From Candidatus Poribacteria bacterium (GTDB taxonomy: Bacteria; Poribacteria; WGA-4E; WGA-3G), in contig CBDANF010000003.1 in NCBI GenBank assembly GCA_965197475.1, positions 512,001 to 576,000 on the forward strand: a stretch of 64,000 bases of DNA. The letters are read 5' to 3'. Numbering within the stretch: position 1 is the stretch's first letter; each line of letters opens with the position of its first letter. Under the pieces are notes generated by a model. That model worked only from the letters and a program-made list of their open reading frames with translations, was not told where the DNA came from and did not search any database. Positions 49,801 to 60,017 of the stretch are shown here, piece by piece. A program made the translations under genes and the position numbers.

Positions 49801-49910
49801 TTCGATTCAGGACAAGACATTCAATTCAATCTTATGTTTTTTATAGCTTTTAGGACATCTGTTCTAAATGGCGTTGGACATGCAACTCTAAACGAATAAT
49901 GAGGTGAATT

Positions 49911-51020
49911 GTGGCAATGAAAAGAAACAAAAGCAAAATATCTTTTATCATCTCTTTTGGGATACATATCATTTTGATGTTAGTTTTATCACCATTTATC
50001 GTGAAACATTTCAACGAAACGGATGACGATCTCTCTCTTGCCATTTTTAGGGTAGGGTCTACTGAGCAGGTGAGACACCGTGTAATGCGCCAACACAAGT
50101 CAGTACAACCCGAACGCAGTACCGATAGCGGATCGCCCTCCCTTTCGCTTGCTGCGCCAAAGCACGCCCCAGAGATGAACCCGCCCAAAGCCTCTATTTT
50201 TGATGATGTGGCACCAGAGATTGTCACTTCTGCGGATATTCCGCAAACAGATGCTTATACACTACCAAATGCGAGCTTTGGCAAAGATGCTGAAGCAGCG
50301 GGACCGATTGTCATTCCAGAGTACCGGGGTGCTGGCGGTAGAGTGCGCGGCCCCGGTCGTGGTAGGGGCACGGGTAGTGGCGGCGGTATGGGTAAAGGTT
50401 TGTCACACATAACCGGAATAGATGACCTCCCTTCAATTGGTTCAGAAAAAAGCAGCATGGGACTCGGTATTTTTGATACTGACGTTAAGCCTGGACACGG
50501 ATTGATCGGTCAGGTCTATATTCTTGGTGTCCCAATTTATAAGATACCTATTTTCGAACGATTAGATCCCGTTTACACTTTTGCAACAGCAAAATTGGAT
50601 GTCGCACCAAGAAATTATACTGAAGGGTTTCCCACACCGCAGAAGCAGAATGTCGTTGAGAATTTCGCAATTCACTTCCGCGGAAAATTGGCAGTAGATA
50701 CGCCTGGAACATATATGTTTGAGCTCTACTCTGATGATGGCGCAAAGTTATATATCAACGGAAAATTAGTTGTTGATAACGATGGCACTCATGGACCACA
50801 AAGTAGAAGGACCCATCTGACACTAACAGCTGGATTTCATCCTGTTGAAATACATTATTTCCAGGGCCCACGATACCAAATTGCGCTACAATGGTATTAT
50901 AAACCGCCAAACCGCCCAAGACAGATTGTTCCACCTGAAGTTATCTTCCATCCCGCTAAACCCGATGTTCCAGATGCGTTGAAAAAGTTAAAGCAACAAC
51001 TGAACAAGATGGATAGATAA
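49911..51020 (+). CDS. Membrane-anchored PA14 domain protein with Gly-rich linker
   Basis: SFIISFGIHIIL TonB-like anchor, GRGRGTGSGGG, NFAIHFRG.L....G.Y.F.LYSDDGAKLYING..VVDNDG.HG, GFHPVEI.YFQ. Confidence 0.85.
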   Translation: MAMKRNKSKISFIISFGIHIILMLVLSPFIVKHFNETDDDLSLAIFRVGSTEQVRHRVMRQHKSVQPERSTDSGSPSLSLAAPKHAPEMNPPKASIFDDVAPEIVTSADIPQTDAYTLPNASFGKDAEAAGPIVIPEYRGAGGRVRGPGRGRGTGSGGGMGKGLSHITGIDDLPSIGSEKSSMGLGIFDTDVKPGHGLIGQVYILGVPIYKIPIFERLDPVYTFATAKLDVAPRNYTEGFPTPQKQNVVENFAIHFRGKLAVDTPGTYMFELYSDDGAKLYINGKLVVDNDGTHGPQSRRTHLTLTAGFHPVEIHYFQGPRYQIALQWYYKPPNRPRQIVPPEVIFHPAKPDVPDALKKLKQQLNKMDR

Positions 51021-51041
51021 AAAGATACGTAGGGATTTTGA

Positions 51042-53429
51042 ATGAGATATGTTGTCGTGATAGTGTGTCTGCTGACTCTCAGCACCACAGCAAACGTACA
51101 AACGAATAGCGGAAAAATGTCTTTCAATTGGCACAATGCACCGTCAGCACAATTCAAATTTGATTTGGATCGCCGCGTCATCGCACAGGTAATGGAAAAT
51201 CCGAATGCGGAGATCGCTTCTTTGTTTCGCACGGTGGATAACTTATATTTGCGCAATTATCATAGAAGGGCTGTCAATTACAAGCAGATGCTTCCGTATT
51301 ATAGAGATCAGTTGACAGCACGCGGATGGAATACCTTTCAAAAAGGGAACAGATTTCATCTTTTCACCCTTAGGGAACAAGAGTTTGTTATCGGCATATT
51401 TGTTATCGTCAACAGTGGAGAGGGTGTGTATCTGATAAACATAATAGGTAAGATTCCGTCGAAACAAGTTGGCGACCTATTGAGAAATCTTAATCAACTC
51501 GGAATTGACATGCCGGAATTGATAAACCTTGGAAGGTTGCCTGATTCGGCTGTCGCGCCACGACCTAAATCTGCTGAGTCAACATGCAACCCATCGGTTA
51601 AAGAGACCTTAATTCCAAAAAGACCTGTCCCTCAGAAAAAGAGTCTTCAGTCTTCTGTTGTGGATACACCAAAATCTTTGGTGGCATCATCGTGGCAGTT
51701 CAAAGGCATTCAAATTCATGATTTCATAATTCAGGATACGCAAAATGCTGAAAGAACTGAAATCTTGAAGTTTCTTGAAAATGGATCGGGGGATCTGGAA
51801 ACTGTGTTACCTATTATCATCAAATCGCTTCGTAATCACAGAAAGATATCTGTCCGAATCACGGAGGAAAAAGGAAAAAGTATCGCGATCCTTACCGTTG
51901 AGAAACGTCAAAGATCAAAATCGTTCTTAGTGCTTAAGTCTCTAACGATAACGCAGTCGGGGACAAACCAAAAAGTAAAAGCAAAATCTTCAAACCTTGA
52001 AATAGATGAGTTGTTTCCACATGCGGCGACACGTTTCAGAGCAGAAGATGCACCTATTCACGAAATACGTATCCGAGGAAATCAGCAAATTTCAGAGGAA
52101 CGTATTCGCCAGACGCTTGAGAACGGTTCTGAGAATATTGAACAGGCACTAAAAACCTTGTTTAAAGTAATGCCTTATTTTAAAGAGATACGTCTACAGG
52201 TTAATGAAGAGGATTTTAGTCGTGTTGCGACGATTACTGTTGTTGAAAAACGTCTCTCTTCAAACGCTTATCTTGGTCTCCGTCCGCCTTTATTTTTGGG
52301 GTTTAACCGTGTTACCGATTGGGAAATCGGCACCGGCTTTCAGATGGGAAAACCGATCGACGTTGGGCCTTTGTGGATGTGGTATGTGCAGGATTCGATG
52401 AACACGCACACCTCTAACCTCTTTGGGAGGATCAGTTACGCTTTTGGAAATCCACATTTTCACTACCGTTTGGGCGGAAGAGCAAACTGGGGTAAACCAT
52501 ATATCTGGAATCTCGGACTGACAGCACAACTACATAGACAATCGGATGCGGCAGCTCCTGAACTTTTTCCTAACTATAAGCAGGGTATATCTGTCTTTCA
52601 AAGAGTCTTAGGTTATCCCGACCTTCAGAATTACTATTTGAAACAGGGTGTTGAAGTAGAATTGCAATGGAGTCCGATAATGCCGACCCACTCTTTCAAA
52701 TTGGGAATACTTGCAGAATCACACAAAAGCCTTGAAAAAAGCACAGATTGGAACACGATAAATTGGGTTGTAAAAGATTTGGAAGCCAGAATAAACCCTT
52801 CAATAGACTCTGGTCGGATGCGAAGTCTTACTTTCCAGTACGATTTTAATACACGAACAGATTTTCTTGGTTGGCATAATACACTCTTCGTTGAACATAG
52901 CAACACTGTTATAGGCTCCGATTTTGATTTTACAAGGGCACAATTGCATTTTCGGTATGCCTTTTCGTTAGACAACAACCGTGTTCGCACGCGGTTGCTC
53001 TTCGGTTTTGCTGACGCAACTTTACCGATTCAAAGACAATTTGCAATTACAGGTTTAGGTGGTTTGAGAGGTTATCCGTTTTATGTTCCCGCAAACGAAA
53101 CTGAAAAGGAAGCATCCACTAAGTCGTGGCTTAGCTACTCACAATACGCATTTATGGGGGATCGCGGGTTTTTGCTTAACGTTGAATTTCATTACCATTT
53201 GGCAAACTTGTCTAATTGGAGTATTTTTAAACACACATATCTCGTCTTTTTCCTTGACGAAGGACAAGTATGGAATGTGTCAGACGAGACATTTTCATTT
53301 TACCCGAAAGCGGATGTCGGTATAGGTTTACAGTTTCAAGAAGGTGGTTCATTCAGAATCAATTTAGCAAAAACTTTAGATTCATGGCGAGGTTTCCAAA
53401 CCTCTTTTGCTTGGTATCACAGTTTTTAG
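51042..53429 (+). CDS. Omp85 (BamA/TamA-like) outer-membrane protein with N-terminal DUF4252-like region and degenerate POTRA-like domains
   Basis: Signal peptide; IHEIRIRGNQ POTRA-like; FNRV, LPIQRQF...GLGGLRGY, GDRGFL.NVE, F.DEG.VW, DVGIGL, terminal Phe. Confidence 0.75.
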   Translation: MRYVVVIVCLLTLSTTANVQTNSGKMSFNWHNAPSAQFKFDLDRRVIAQVMENPNAEIASLFRTVDNLYLRNYHRRAVNYKQMLPYYRDQLTARGWNTFQKGNRFHLFTLREQEFVIGIFVIVNSGEGVYLINIIGKIPSKQVGDLLRNLNQLGIDMPELINLGRLPDSAVAPRPKSAESTCNPSVKETLIPKRPVPQKKSLQSSVVDTPKSLVASSWQFKGIQIHDFIIQDTQNAERTEILKFLENGSGDLETVLPIIIKSLRNHRKISVRITEEKGKSIAILTVEKRQRSKSFLVLKSLTITQSGTNQKVKAKSSNLEIDELFPHAATRFRAEDAPIHEIRIRGNQQISEERIRQTLENGSENIEQALKTLFKVMPYFKEIRLQVNEEDFSRVATITVVEKRLSSNAYLGLRPPLFLGFNRVTDWEIGTGFQMGKPIDVGPLWMWYVQDSMNTHTSNLFGRISYAFGNPHFHYRLGGRANWGKPYIWNLGLTAQLHRQSDAAAPELFPNYKQGISVFQRVLGYPDLQNYYLKQGVEVELQWSPIMPTHSFKLGILAESHKSLEKSTDWNTINWVVKDLEARINPSIDSGRMRSLTFQYDFNTRTDFLGWHNTLFVEHSNTVIGSDFDFTRAQLHFRYAFSLDNNRVRTRLLFGFADATLPIQRQFAITGLGGLRGYPFYVPANETEKEASTKSWLSYSQYAFMGDRGFLLNVEFHYHLANLSNWSIFKHTYLVFFLDEGQVWNVSDETFSFYPKADVGIGLQFQEGGSFRINLAKTLDSWRGFQTSFAWYHSF

Positions 53430-53436
53430 GAAAAAT

Positions 53437-54168
53437 ATGCGAATTATTATTGTATTATCCGTTCTCATCACAATGTTCTTCCCTAACGTACTTATGAACT
53501 CAGAGGCAAATCCTGAGCATGAATTCACCTTCGTTCGTCTTCAATATAGAGGCAATCTCACACGACTAAGTAGTTGGGAGGTAGATTATCCCGCTTCCGA
53601 CCGCAATTTTATCTATCAGCTCAGCAAGCAGACCACCATTAATGTTGCCCCCGATAGTAAGAGTATTGCAGTTTGGTCGGAGGATATATTTGATTATCCG
53701 TTTGCATATATGTTGGAAGTGGGAAGTATGAGACTCAACAAAGCAGAAGCAGAAAACTTGCGTGAATATCTCTTACGAGGCGGATTCATCTTTATTGACG
53801 ATTTTCACGGTGGATTGGAATGGAAATGGTTCTATACGGAATTTAAAAAAATCTTTCCGAAACGAGAACCGGTGGACATCCCTATATCGCATCCGATTTT
53901 CAACTGTTTCTATAAAATTGAAAAACTTATTCAGATTCCTGGGCTCCGTGCACTCTTTAGTGGACAAACTTATGAACGCTATGACGGACATCCTGCCCGT
54001 TACCTGGGTGTGTTTGATGACAAGGGAAGGCTTATGATGATGATATGTTTCAATTCAGACCTTGGAGATGCGTGGGAACACGCTGCCGAGAGTTATTATC
54101 CGCGGGAGTATTCAAATTTAGCGTTCAAGATAGGTATCAATGCTGTTATCTATTGTCTGACACATTAG
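53437..54168 (+). CDS. DUF4159 domain protein
   Basis: FTFVRLQY, W.VDYP.SD.NF, YPFAYM.E.G, LREYLLRGGF.FIDDF, HPIF, DLGDAWE, GIN.V.Y.LTH. Confidence 0.9.
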   Translation: MRIIIVLSVLITMFFPNVLMNSEANPEHEFTFVRLQYRGNLTRLSSWEVDYPASDRNFIYQLSKQTTINVAPDSKSIAVWSEDIFDYPFAYMLEVGSMRLNKAEAENLREYLLRGGFIFIDDFHGGLEWKWFYTEFKKIFPKREPVDIPISHPIFNCFYKIEKLIQIPGLRALFSGQTYERYDGHPARYLGVFDDKGRLMMMICFNSDLGDAWEHAAESYYPREYSNLAFKIGINAVIYCLTH

Positions 54169-54226
54169 CAATTGGAAGTCGGCTTTCAGAAGAGGTTTCC
54201 AATTGGCCGCAACCGAATTCTGATAG
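54168..54226. repeat. Degenerate heptamer repeats in inverted arrangement between convergent genes
   Basis: GCAATTG GAAGTCG GCTTTCA ... CCGAATT CTGATAG. Confidence 0.35.
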
Positions 54227-54248
54227 TTGCTCTCTAAAATTAATGCCA

Positions 54249-55649
54249 CTACTTCTTTGAACTGTTGCATATATCATATACTAACTGTTCCAGAAGAAGT
54301 TCCTTATCAAATGGCGTTGTTTTCAATTGGATGTCCACTTCCAAGGTTTTTTCCAACGCAGTCATCAATTCCTTAGTAGTGAAAGCGTGTAACGTTTGAA
54401 ATACTTTGTAAGCGATAAAAGGATTCCGCTTCATGATGTTATGCGTTGCAGATTCGGGTAAGAGATCCCCAAATTCTTCAGCAAGCGGTTGAAATATATT
54501 TTTTGTGAAATTTTCAAACCGCATCTGTCTTCCTATCGGTTTTAATTCTTTTCTTGTCATTATCAACTTCGCTTGAAGAGTCAATCGGAGATGGCTTGCA
54601 ATTGCTGCGTTAAGTGGGATTGGATTTTGACCACTTGCTAACACTTCACGCAGACTCTTCAACGCCTGCCGAGTCGAACGTTTTCCAATAGCATCGGTGA
54701 GATCAAATATTCTGTCGAAAGTGAGCTGCGTTACCAAATTGCGGACATCAAGTTCATCTATTTGGTGTTTATCACCTACATAATTGATGATTTTGTTTAT
54801 TGCCTCGGCAATTGTGTGCATGTCGCCACCAGTTCGACTTCGAAGTTGTTCAAACGCTCGCGGTGTAATTTTCTTATTGTAGGTTTCGAACTTCTCAACA
54901 ACCTTTCTATAAAGCGGGTCACGATTGAGTGAACCGCCTTTTTCCAAAGGATCAAAAGAAACATATCTACCCACTTCTTGAATCGCTTTAGCATATCGGT
55001 TTCTCGTGCGAACCTCATCCTTTACTGTAAAGATAAGTACACTCGTTTCAGGTAGATCCTCTTGGAGCCATTCCAACAATAGGTTTGCATCGTCGTTACC
55101 GCCGTTACCCTCTGAATGGGTTTCAAGTTGCGCTGCAAGTTGCGGCAAACGTGAAAAAAATGCCCGCACATCTTCGGTTAACCCGCCTCCAAGTGTTTCA
55201 GTTATCTCTTCAACTGCACTACTAAAATCTGAATGCCCATCAACAATATGTTGCGTGGAAACACCGAGAGACTTCGCGATGTCCTTAACACATTTTTGAA
55301 CATCCTCTGATTCTATCTGCATCGCATTATGGATGTTTTTCAACGGTGAAGTAGTCCGTTTTTGAGATGTGAATGCCGGAAAATCATCTACGACAACAAC
55401 CCGCCATTTTGACATCACCGGATAGACCTCAACGTTGCTGAGAATCTCTTTGGCAGAGACAACGTTCCCATCTAAAAAGGTCAAGTTGAAATCGCGGGTT
55501 TCAGGCGACAAAAGTTTATCTAACATCTGTTTGAGAGTCCCTTCAATAAGAAAAGTCTCCTTACCACAAAGTAGATAGACTGGCGCAATTTTGTTTCCTT
55601 CGATTTCACGAAGGATGTTTATGGGTTTAGCATCGGGATTCTGTTTCAT
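54249..55649 (-). CDS. holA: DNA polymerase III delta subunit (HolA) with helical insertion
   Basis: PVYLLCG.E.FL, DFNL..LDG, P.MS..RVVVV, G.DM..I...INKI..Y, IFDLTDAIG, D.QLKT. Confidence 0.85.
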   Translation of the reverse strand: MKQNPDAKPINILREIEGNKIAPVYLLCGKETFLIEGTLKQMLDKLLSPETRDFNLTFLDGNVVSAKEILSNVEVYPVMSKWRVVVVDDFPAFTSQKRTTSPLKNIHNAMQIESEDVQKCVKDIAKSLGVSTQHIVDGHSDFSSAVEEITETLGGGLTEDVRAFFSRLPQLAAQLETHSEGNGGNDDANLLLEWLQEDLPETSVLIFTVKDEVRTRNRYAKAIQEVGRYVSFDPLEKGGSLNRDPLYRKVVEKFETYNKKITPRAFEQLRSRTGGDMHTIAEAINKIINYVGDKHQIDELDVRNLVTQLTFDRIFDLTDAIGKRSTRQALKSLREVLASGQNPIPLNAAIASHLRLTLQAKLIMTRKELKPIGRQMRFENFTKNIFQPLAEEFGDLLPESATHNIMKRNPFIAYKVFQTLHAFTTKELMTALEKTLEVDIQLKTTPFDKELLLEQLVYDICNSSKK

Positions 55650-55678
55650 AAGGACAAACTGCCACTGTTAGGGATCGC

Positions 55679-55861
55679 TCAGGTTGCACTATCCTTGGCG
55701 GTTTCTTTCTGTGTTCCCATAGCAGCGAATGCTGAGAAACGTTTTCTTGCATCTTGCTTCCCGCAGTTAGGACATTTCAGGGATTTGTTAACATCATTAG
55801 TGCGTTGTAACACTTCAAAATTGGTTTCACAAGCGTTGCAATGGTATTCAAAAATAGGCAT
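55679..55861 (-). CDS. FmdB-family zinc ribbon protein
   Basis: MPIFEYHCNACETNFEVL...CPNCG...RKRFS. Confidence 0.9.
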   Translation of the reverse strand: MPIFEYHCNACETNFEVLQRTNDVNKSLKCPNCGKQDARKRFSAFAAMGTQKETAKDSAT

Positions 55862-55913
55862 TATTTTTCCTTACGTGAATTGTAGTTAACGCGTGAGTAC
55901 TTATGTGCTGAAG

Positions 55914-58304
55914 TTATATCGGACGAATAACGACCTTCACCTTTGTGCCTTTTGGTGGAATCACATCGGTATTGACGCGATAGGTACGATCATCAGTGCC
56001 ACCAGGTAATGGGTTATTGATAAGCGAATCTGGGTCGCGATATACTGCAATGATATTATGATAGAGTTGCGTGGTAAGTTGGTTATTGATAAGTCGTCCA
56101 CCAGTAAAAACCCAATGTGTTTTTTGCATCGGTTGTTCAGTCATCACATTCCATACAAACTCTCGTACAGGGCGAGAAACAATTTTTTCCCCTTGCTTCC
56201 ATTCAACCCATATTTGAACGTGTGATCCTTTGGGTTGCCGCGGATCTCCTTCAACTTCAAGATTCATGCCGGGTTTAAGATCTAACATACCGAGTGCTGT
56301 GAAAAGAAAAAGTGGTTCTGCATCAAGAATTAAAATACTCTCATGTGATTTTCCGCGTGTCCCGCAGGCAACGAATTCAATAATTGTATCCTCAGTCGTG
56401 ATGTTAATTTCACCAGGAACAGCAACTTCCTTTTTGTTGATATCAATCACAACAGTACCCATCTGATAAACATTTTCAGAAATTTTCTTGCGTTTCGTCA
56501 ATTTTGTATCCGTAGCAGACGTGGATTTCGGATAGATATTGAGAGTTGCAGATTCCATATTGTCGTTATTATCTGAATCCTCAAAGTCCACACGGACAGA
56601 AATCTCCGTTTCTCCTTCTTTGGTTGGCACCCAGTCAACTGAAACAACTGATTCACTGATGGTGGATGTCCAGAAAACTTCTGCTGTTTGCACCTCAACG
56701 TCATCAGCATAGAACTTGACTTTCAGTGTTTTATCGAGTGAAGTGCCACTATTTCTGAGCGTGGCACTGAGTTTTACTGCTTCGCCTACACGCGGAGAGG
56801 CGGGTGAAAACCGCAAACTTTTCGGCACAACACCGATATTTGGCTCTGTTGGACCAACAAGCGCATGACTTAAAGTCATCACAGCGAAACAGGTCGCCAA
56901 AAAATCGCTCTCCGCCCCATGCCATTTGCCATCGGGATGCTGCTCCGTAACCATCATGCTCGCAATTTCACCGTACCAGTCGTGACCTGCTAACATCTTT
57001 AACTTCGGATGAATCTCACTGAAACGTTGCAGGGAAAGAAGATAATAGTAGAGCCATGAATTCGATCCTGGGTTTCGGGTAAGTGACCAATGCTTTCTAA
57101 GCCAGTCGATGCCTTTTTGCACCTGTACATCATCTATAGAAACACCACAAGCACGAAGTGCCCACAACCCTGTTGCTGTCATACTCCCGTAAACTCCTAT
57201 TGCCCAGGGTGAACCCTCGTCAACTAAATTATAAAGCCATCCGCCTGTTTCAGTTTGGTTTCTACGAATCCATTTCTCGGCACGTGTCCAGGAATTTTGT
57301 GGTATATCAAGTTCCCACTGCTTTGCAGCATAGAGCGCATAGATAACCATGTTCATGTGTGCACCATCGGCAGAGTAGCCGTAACCCCAACCACCGTCAT
57401 CTCTTTCATCAGCAAATTCACTACCGGGCACAGGTAACTGTTTTTTTATTAATTGATTCACAGCGAATTGCGCTCGCTCCCGATAATCCGGGTTTTGTGT
57501 TTCTACTAATACCGGAATGAGTACCGCATATTGGTATACATCAAGGGTATTCCAGTCCTGTTCCAGAAGGTGTGCAAGACCTTGCTGCACAGATAGGTCC
57601 GTAGGGTTCCGTCCCGCCGCGAGTAACGTCTGTAATGCCAAGGATGTCTCCTGTATGTGGTCTTCGCCGATATCCCATGATGTACCCGGAACAAAATTTT
57701 CTGCCAGACCTTTCAGACTCGCACCACAGATGACACAAGATAAAATAACTTGGTTCTCAGTGCCGCATTGTAAACAAGTGCGACTGCTTTTCCCTTGCTG
57801 TGCTTCTATCCACGCGACACCTCGGTCTATAGATGCTTGAATTTGTTCGGTTGTTACTGGTGGAAACGTTTTTGCTGTAGCTGATATCGTTGCATGCGCA
57901 ACGTTGTTTGCTGTGTTGGATTCTTCAATATGTTTTTCGCCTGCGGGGTTGACGACAGCATAGACCTCTGTCTTGCCTGCGGGCGGCTGCCATTGTGCTG
58001 ATACACTATCCGTTTTTCCAGCTTTCAACTCTAAAATGACACCACTACATAAAATTTGGAGCGGTTGTGTTGCCGGATCGCCCTCGTACAGATCAACAAC
58101 TAAATCCTCATTCATCGTTGGGGTACCCGCACCGACATTTTTTACCTTTATCCAAATTTCAATCTCTTCCCCTTCAACGGGTGTTGGGTTGGAGAAGCTT
58201 ATACTCTTAGCATCAATCTGAAAATCTGGGAGCTGTGCGTGCCCATTACTAAAAATAGCTACAACAAAAAACATTCCGATTGCAAAAGCGAATAATTTTC
58301 TCAT
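55914..58304 (-). CDS. Secreted multidomain protein: CARDB, prenyltransferase/squalene-cyclase-like barrel, CARDB, YdjY-like domain
   Basis: PDF.I..I.FS..P..G...VKN.G, EESN..NN; QW-like DGGWGY, QTETGGWLY, MTATGL, YYYLLSLQR, Q..DG.W; C-terminal EF.AC...GK.HES, WVFTG; ATG at 58304 with GGAGG RBS. Confidence 0.7.
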   Translation of the reverse strand: MRKLFAFAIGMFFVVAIFSNGHAQLPDFQIDAKSISFSNPTPVEGEEIEIWIKVKNVGAGTPTMNEDLVVDLYEGDPATQPLQILCSGVILELKAGKTDSVSAQWQPPAGKTEVYAVVNPAGEKHIEESNTANNVAHATISATAKTFPPVTTEQIQASIDRGVAWIEAQQGKSSRTCLQCGTENQVILSCVICGASLKGLAENFVPGTSWDIGEDHIQETSLALQTLLAAGRNPTDLSVQQGLAHLLEQDWNTLDVYQYAVLIPVLVETQNPDYRERAQFAVNQLIKKQLPVPGSEFADERDDGGWGYGYSADGAHMNMVIYALYAAKQWELDIPQNSWTRAEKWIRRNQTETGGWLYNLVDEGSPWAIGVYGSMTATGLWALRACGVSIDDVQVQKGIDWLRKHWSLTRNPGSNSWLYYYLLSLQRFSEIHPKLKMLAGHDWYGEIASMMVTEQHPDGKWHGAESDFLATCFAVMTLSHALVGPTEPNIGVVPKSLRFSPASPRVGEAVKLSATLRNSGTSLDKTLKVKFYADDVEVQTAEVFWTSTISESVVSVDWVPTKEGETEISVRVDFEDSDNNDNMESATLNIYPKSTSATDTKLTKRKKISENVYQMGTVVIDINKKEVAVPGEINITTEDTIIEFVACGTRGKSHESILILDAEPLFLFTALGMLDLKPGMNLEVEGDPRQPKGSHVQIWVEWKQGEKIVSRPVREFVWNVMTEQPMQKTHWVFTGGRLINNQLTTQLYHNIIAVYRDPDSLINNPLPGGTDDRTYRVNTDVIPPKGTKVKVVIRPI

Positions 58305-58376
58305 AATACACCTCCCATATTTCGGCAACTAACAGAATTGAAGCACTTTATTACCATTATGTAGTGATTCCTTGTA

Positions 58377-59336
58377 TCAATTTTCTTCCCAAAATCCGAT
58401 TGAAACGGTAGAGGGTCTTGGAACAGCATTTGCGAAACGCCGCACGCCTTTTGCTGTCCATTTGCTCACTTCTCCAGAGAATGTTTGGCCAAGCAGATCA
58501 GCAACCCAAATTTCACCGTCTGCAGGTGAAAAGGTTACCGCAATAATTGCCATGCCAGCCTCAAATTCTTTGAGTTTTGTGCCTGTCGGTGATAAATTAA
58601 CCAACATATTGTTATTTGATGCAAGCCATACACTACCGTCTTTTGGATTAACACTGGGTGAAACCGGGGTAAGGATACCTTCTACCTTTGCCAATACTGT
58701 GCCATTGGGTGAGAGGCGGACAACGACATCATGCTGCGTATCGGCTACCCATACATTTCCTTGATAGTCTACTGATAAACCACCTTTGGGTTCGTCCATC
58801 GGCGGAGCATTAGCAACCAGATTGCCATTAGCATCGTAACGCGCAATCGGGCCTTTACCATCGGTTATCCAGCAGCTACCATCTTTTGGGTTAACTGCTA
58901 CATTGAATCTACCAGCTTCATCATTTGAGGGGCCATCCGGTGGAATTACTTCGGCAAGGATTTGCTCTCCGTCCGCTGAGATCTTTCGGACACCATCAAG
59001 TCCAGCAATCCAGGCAGTTCCATCAGCAGGGTTAACAGAGATTCCTGTCGGCGTTTTAATTTCCGGGATTGGGGTGAATTTTCCAGTAGATGGATCATAT
59101 CTGAAGACTGTATTAGCCGCTGAAACCGCAATCCAAACGACCCCGTTAACCGGATTAACCTCCACGTCACTCGCGTTTGTTAAACCTTCAATAGCAGAAG
59201 GATCTGCATCACCATTCGCATGTAATTTATAAACGGTATCACCGCCACTGACAACCCAACACTCCCCATTATATTGACCGTGACCAGTAACGACACACAT
59301 TAGAAACAGCATCGCTACCCATATCATTTTTTTCAT
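58377..59336 (-). CDS. Secreted NHL/Vgb-like beta-propeller protein
   Basis: Signal peptide; repeats VNP.DG..W(I/V)AD, P.G.SVD..GNVWVAD. Confidence 0.8.
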   Translation of the reverse strand: MKKMIWVAMLFLMCVVTGHGQYNGECWVVSGGDTVYKLHANGDADPSAIEGLTNASDVEVNPVNGVVWIAVSAANTVFRYDPSTGKFTPIPEIKTPTGISVNPADGTAWIAGLDGVRKISADGEQILAEVIPPDGPSNDEAGRFNVAVNPKDGSCWITDGKGPIARYDANGNLVANAPPMDEPKGGLSVDYQGNVWVADTQHDVVVRLSPNGTVLAKVEGILTPVSPSVNPKDGSVWLASNNNMLVNLSPTGTKLKEFEAGMAIIAVTFSPADGEIWVADLLGQTFSGEVSKWTAKGVRRFANAVPRPSTVSIGFWEEN

Positions 59337-59403
59337 CGCTCGTTCATCCTCTTTTCCTTAAAATAGGTAATTTAGATTTTACTAATAAAAACTTATAGTT
59401 AAG

Positions 59404-59497
59404 ATTTTAGCATTTTTCAATGTAATTTTCAAGGGATTTTACGTGCCTATGTGCTCGACATTTTCTGCTTGAAATTTTTGTAAAACTATTGTATACT
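59404..59497. promoter_or_regulatory. Divergent sigma70-type promoters
   Basis: Minus: TTGAAA-17-TAAAAT (59432-59404); plus: TTGAAA-17-TATACT (59469-59497). Confidence 0.5.
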
Positions 59498-59567
59498 TAA
59501 CAAAAGGTGTTTTAACTTGTTTAAAATCCGCAAGAATGCCTGAATCATAGTCTTATGAACTTTAGAG

Positions 59568-60017
59568 ATGCTCCAAATGATATTTCATTTAGATAGAAAA
59601 AAGATTGTCCTAATCCCTCTGATTTGTTTACTCATCTATTCTGCAATAATCCCGATGCAGTTGTCTAGCTATGTGCTGTGTATTGACGAAGGTAGGCGCA
59701 TCAAATTTGAGTTCGCTATCAATGGATGCTGCGCGGACGCACCTTCACATAATTTGGATCACCCAGAAACTACTACTGCAGATGAAAACCACTGCGGTGA
59801 ATGCGTTGACCTGCCGATCTTTGCCTCTTTAAACACCGAACCAATAATCGTTTCTGCCAAAAACGATATAGCAACGCACGATGTCATTTCCTCAACAGCA
59901 CTACTTTCACATGAGACAACTGTTTCTACCATTCAAATAGATACTTCTTTTTTGGTCATTCCACCGTTAATCAATCCTACGCTTATATCTCTTCGTACTG
60001 TTACGCTCCTCATTTAA
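59568..60017 (+). CDS. Cys/His-rich putative metal-binding membrane protein at the head of the efflux operon (CzcI-like position)
   Basis: TM, VLCIDEG...E....CC, HCGECVD, C-terminal LRTVTLLI. Confidence 0.55.
   Translation: MLQMIFHLDRKKIVLIPLICLLIYSAIIPMQLSSYVLCIDEGRRIKFEFAINGCCADAPSHNLDHPETTTADENHCGECVDLPIFASLNTEPIIVSAKNDIATHDVISSTALLSHETTVSTIQIDTSFLVIPPLINPTLISLRTVTLLI

Noticed and set aside
55914-58304. Squalene-hopene cyclase
   Set aside because: Single barrel, no DxDD motif, signal peptide and Ig-like domains present
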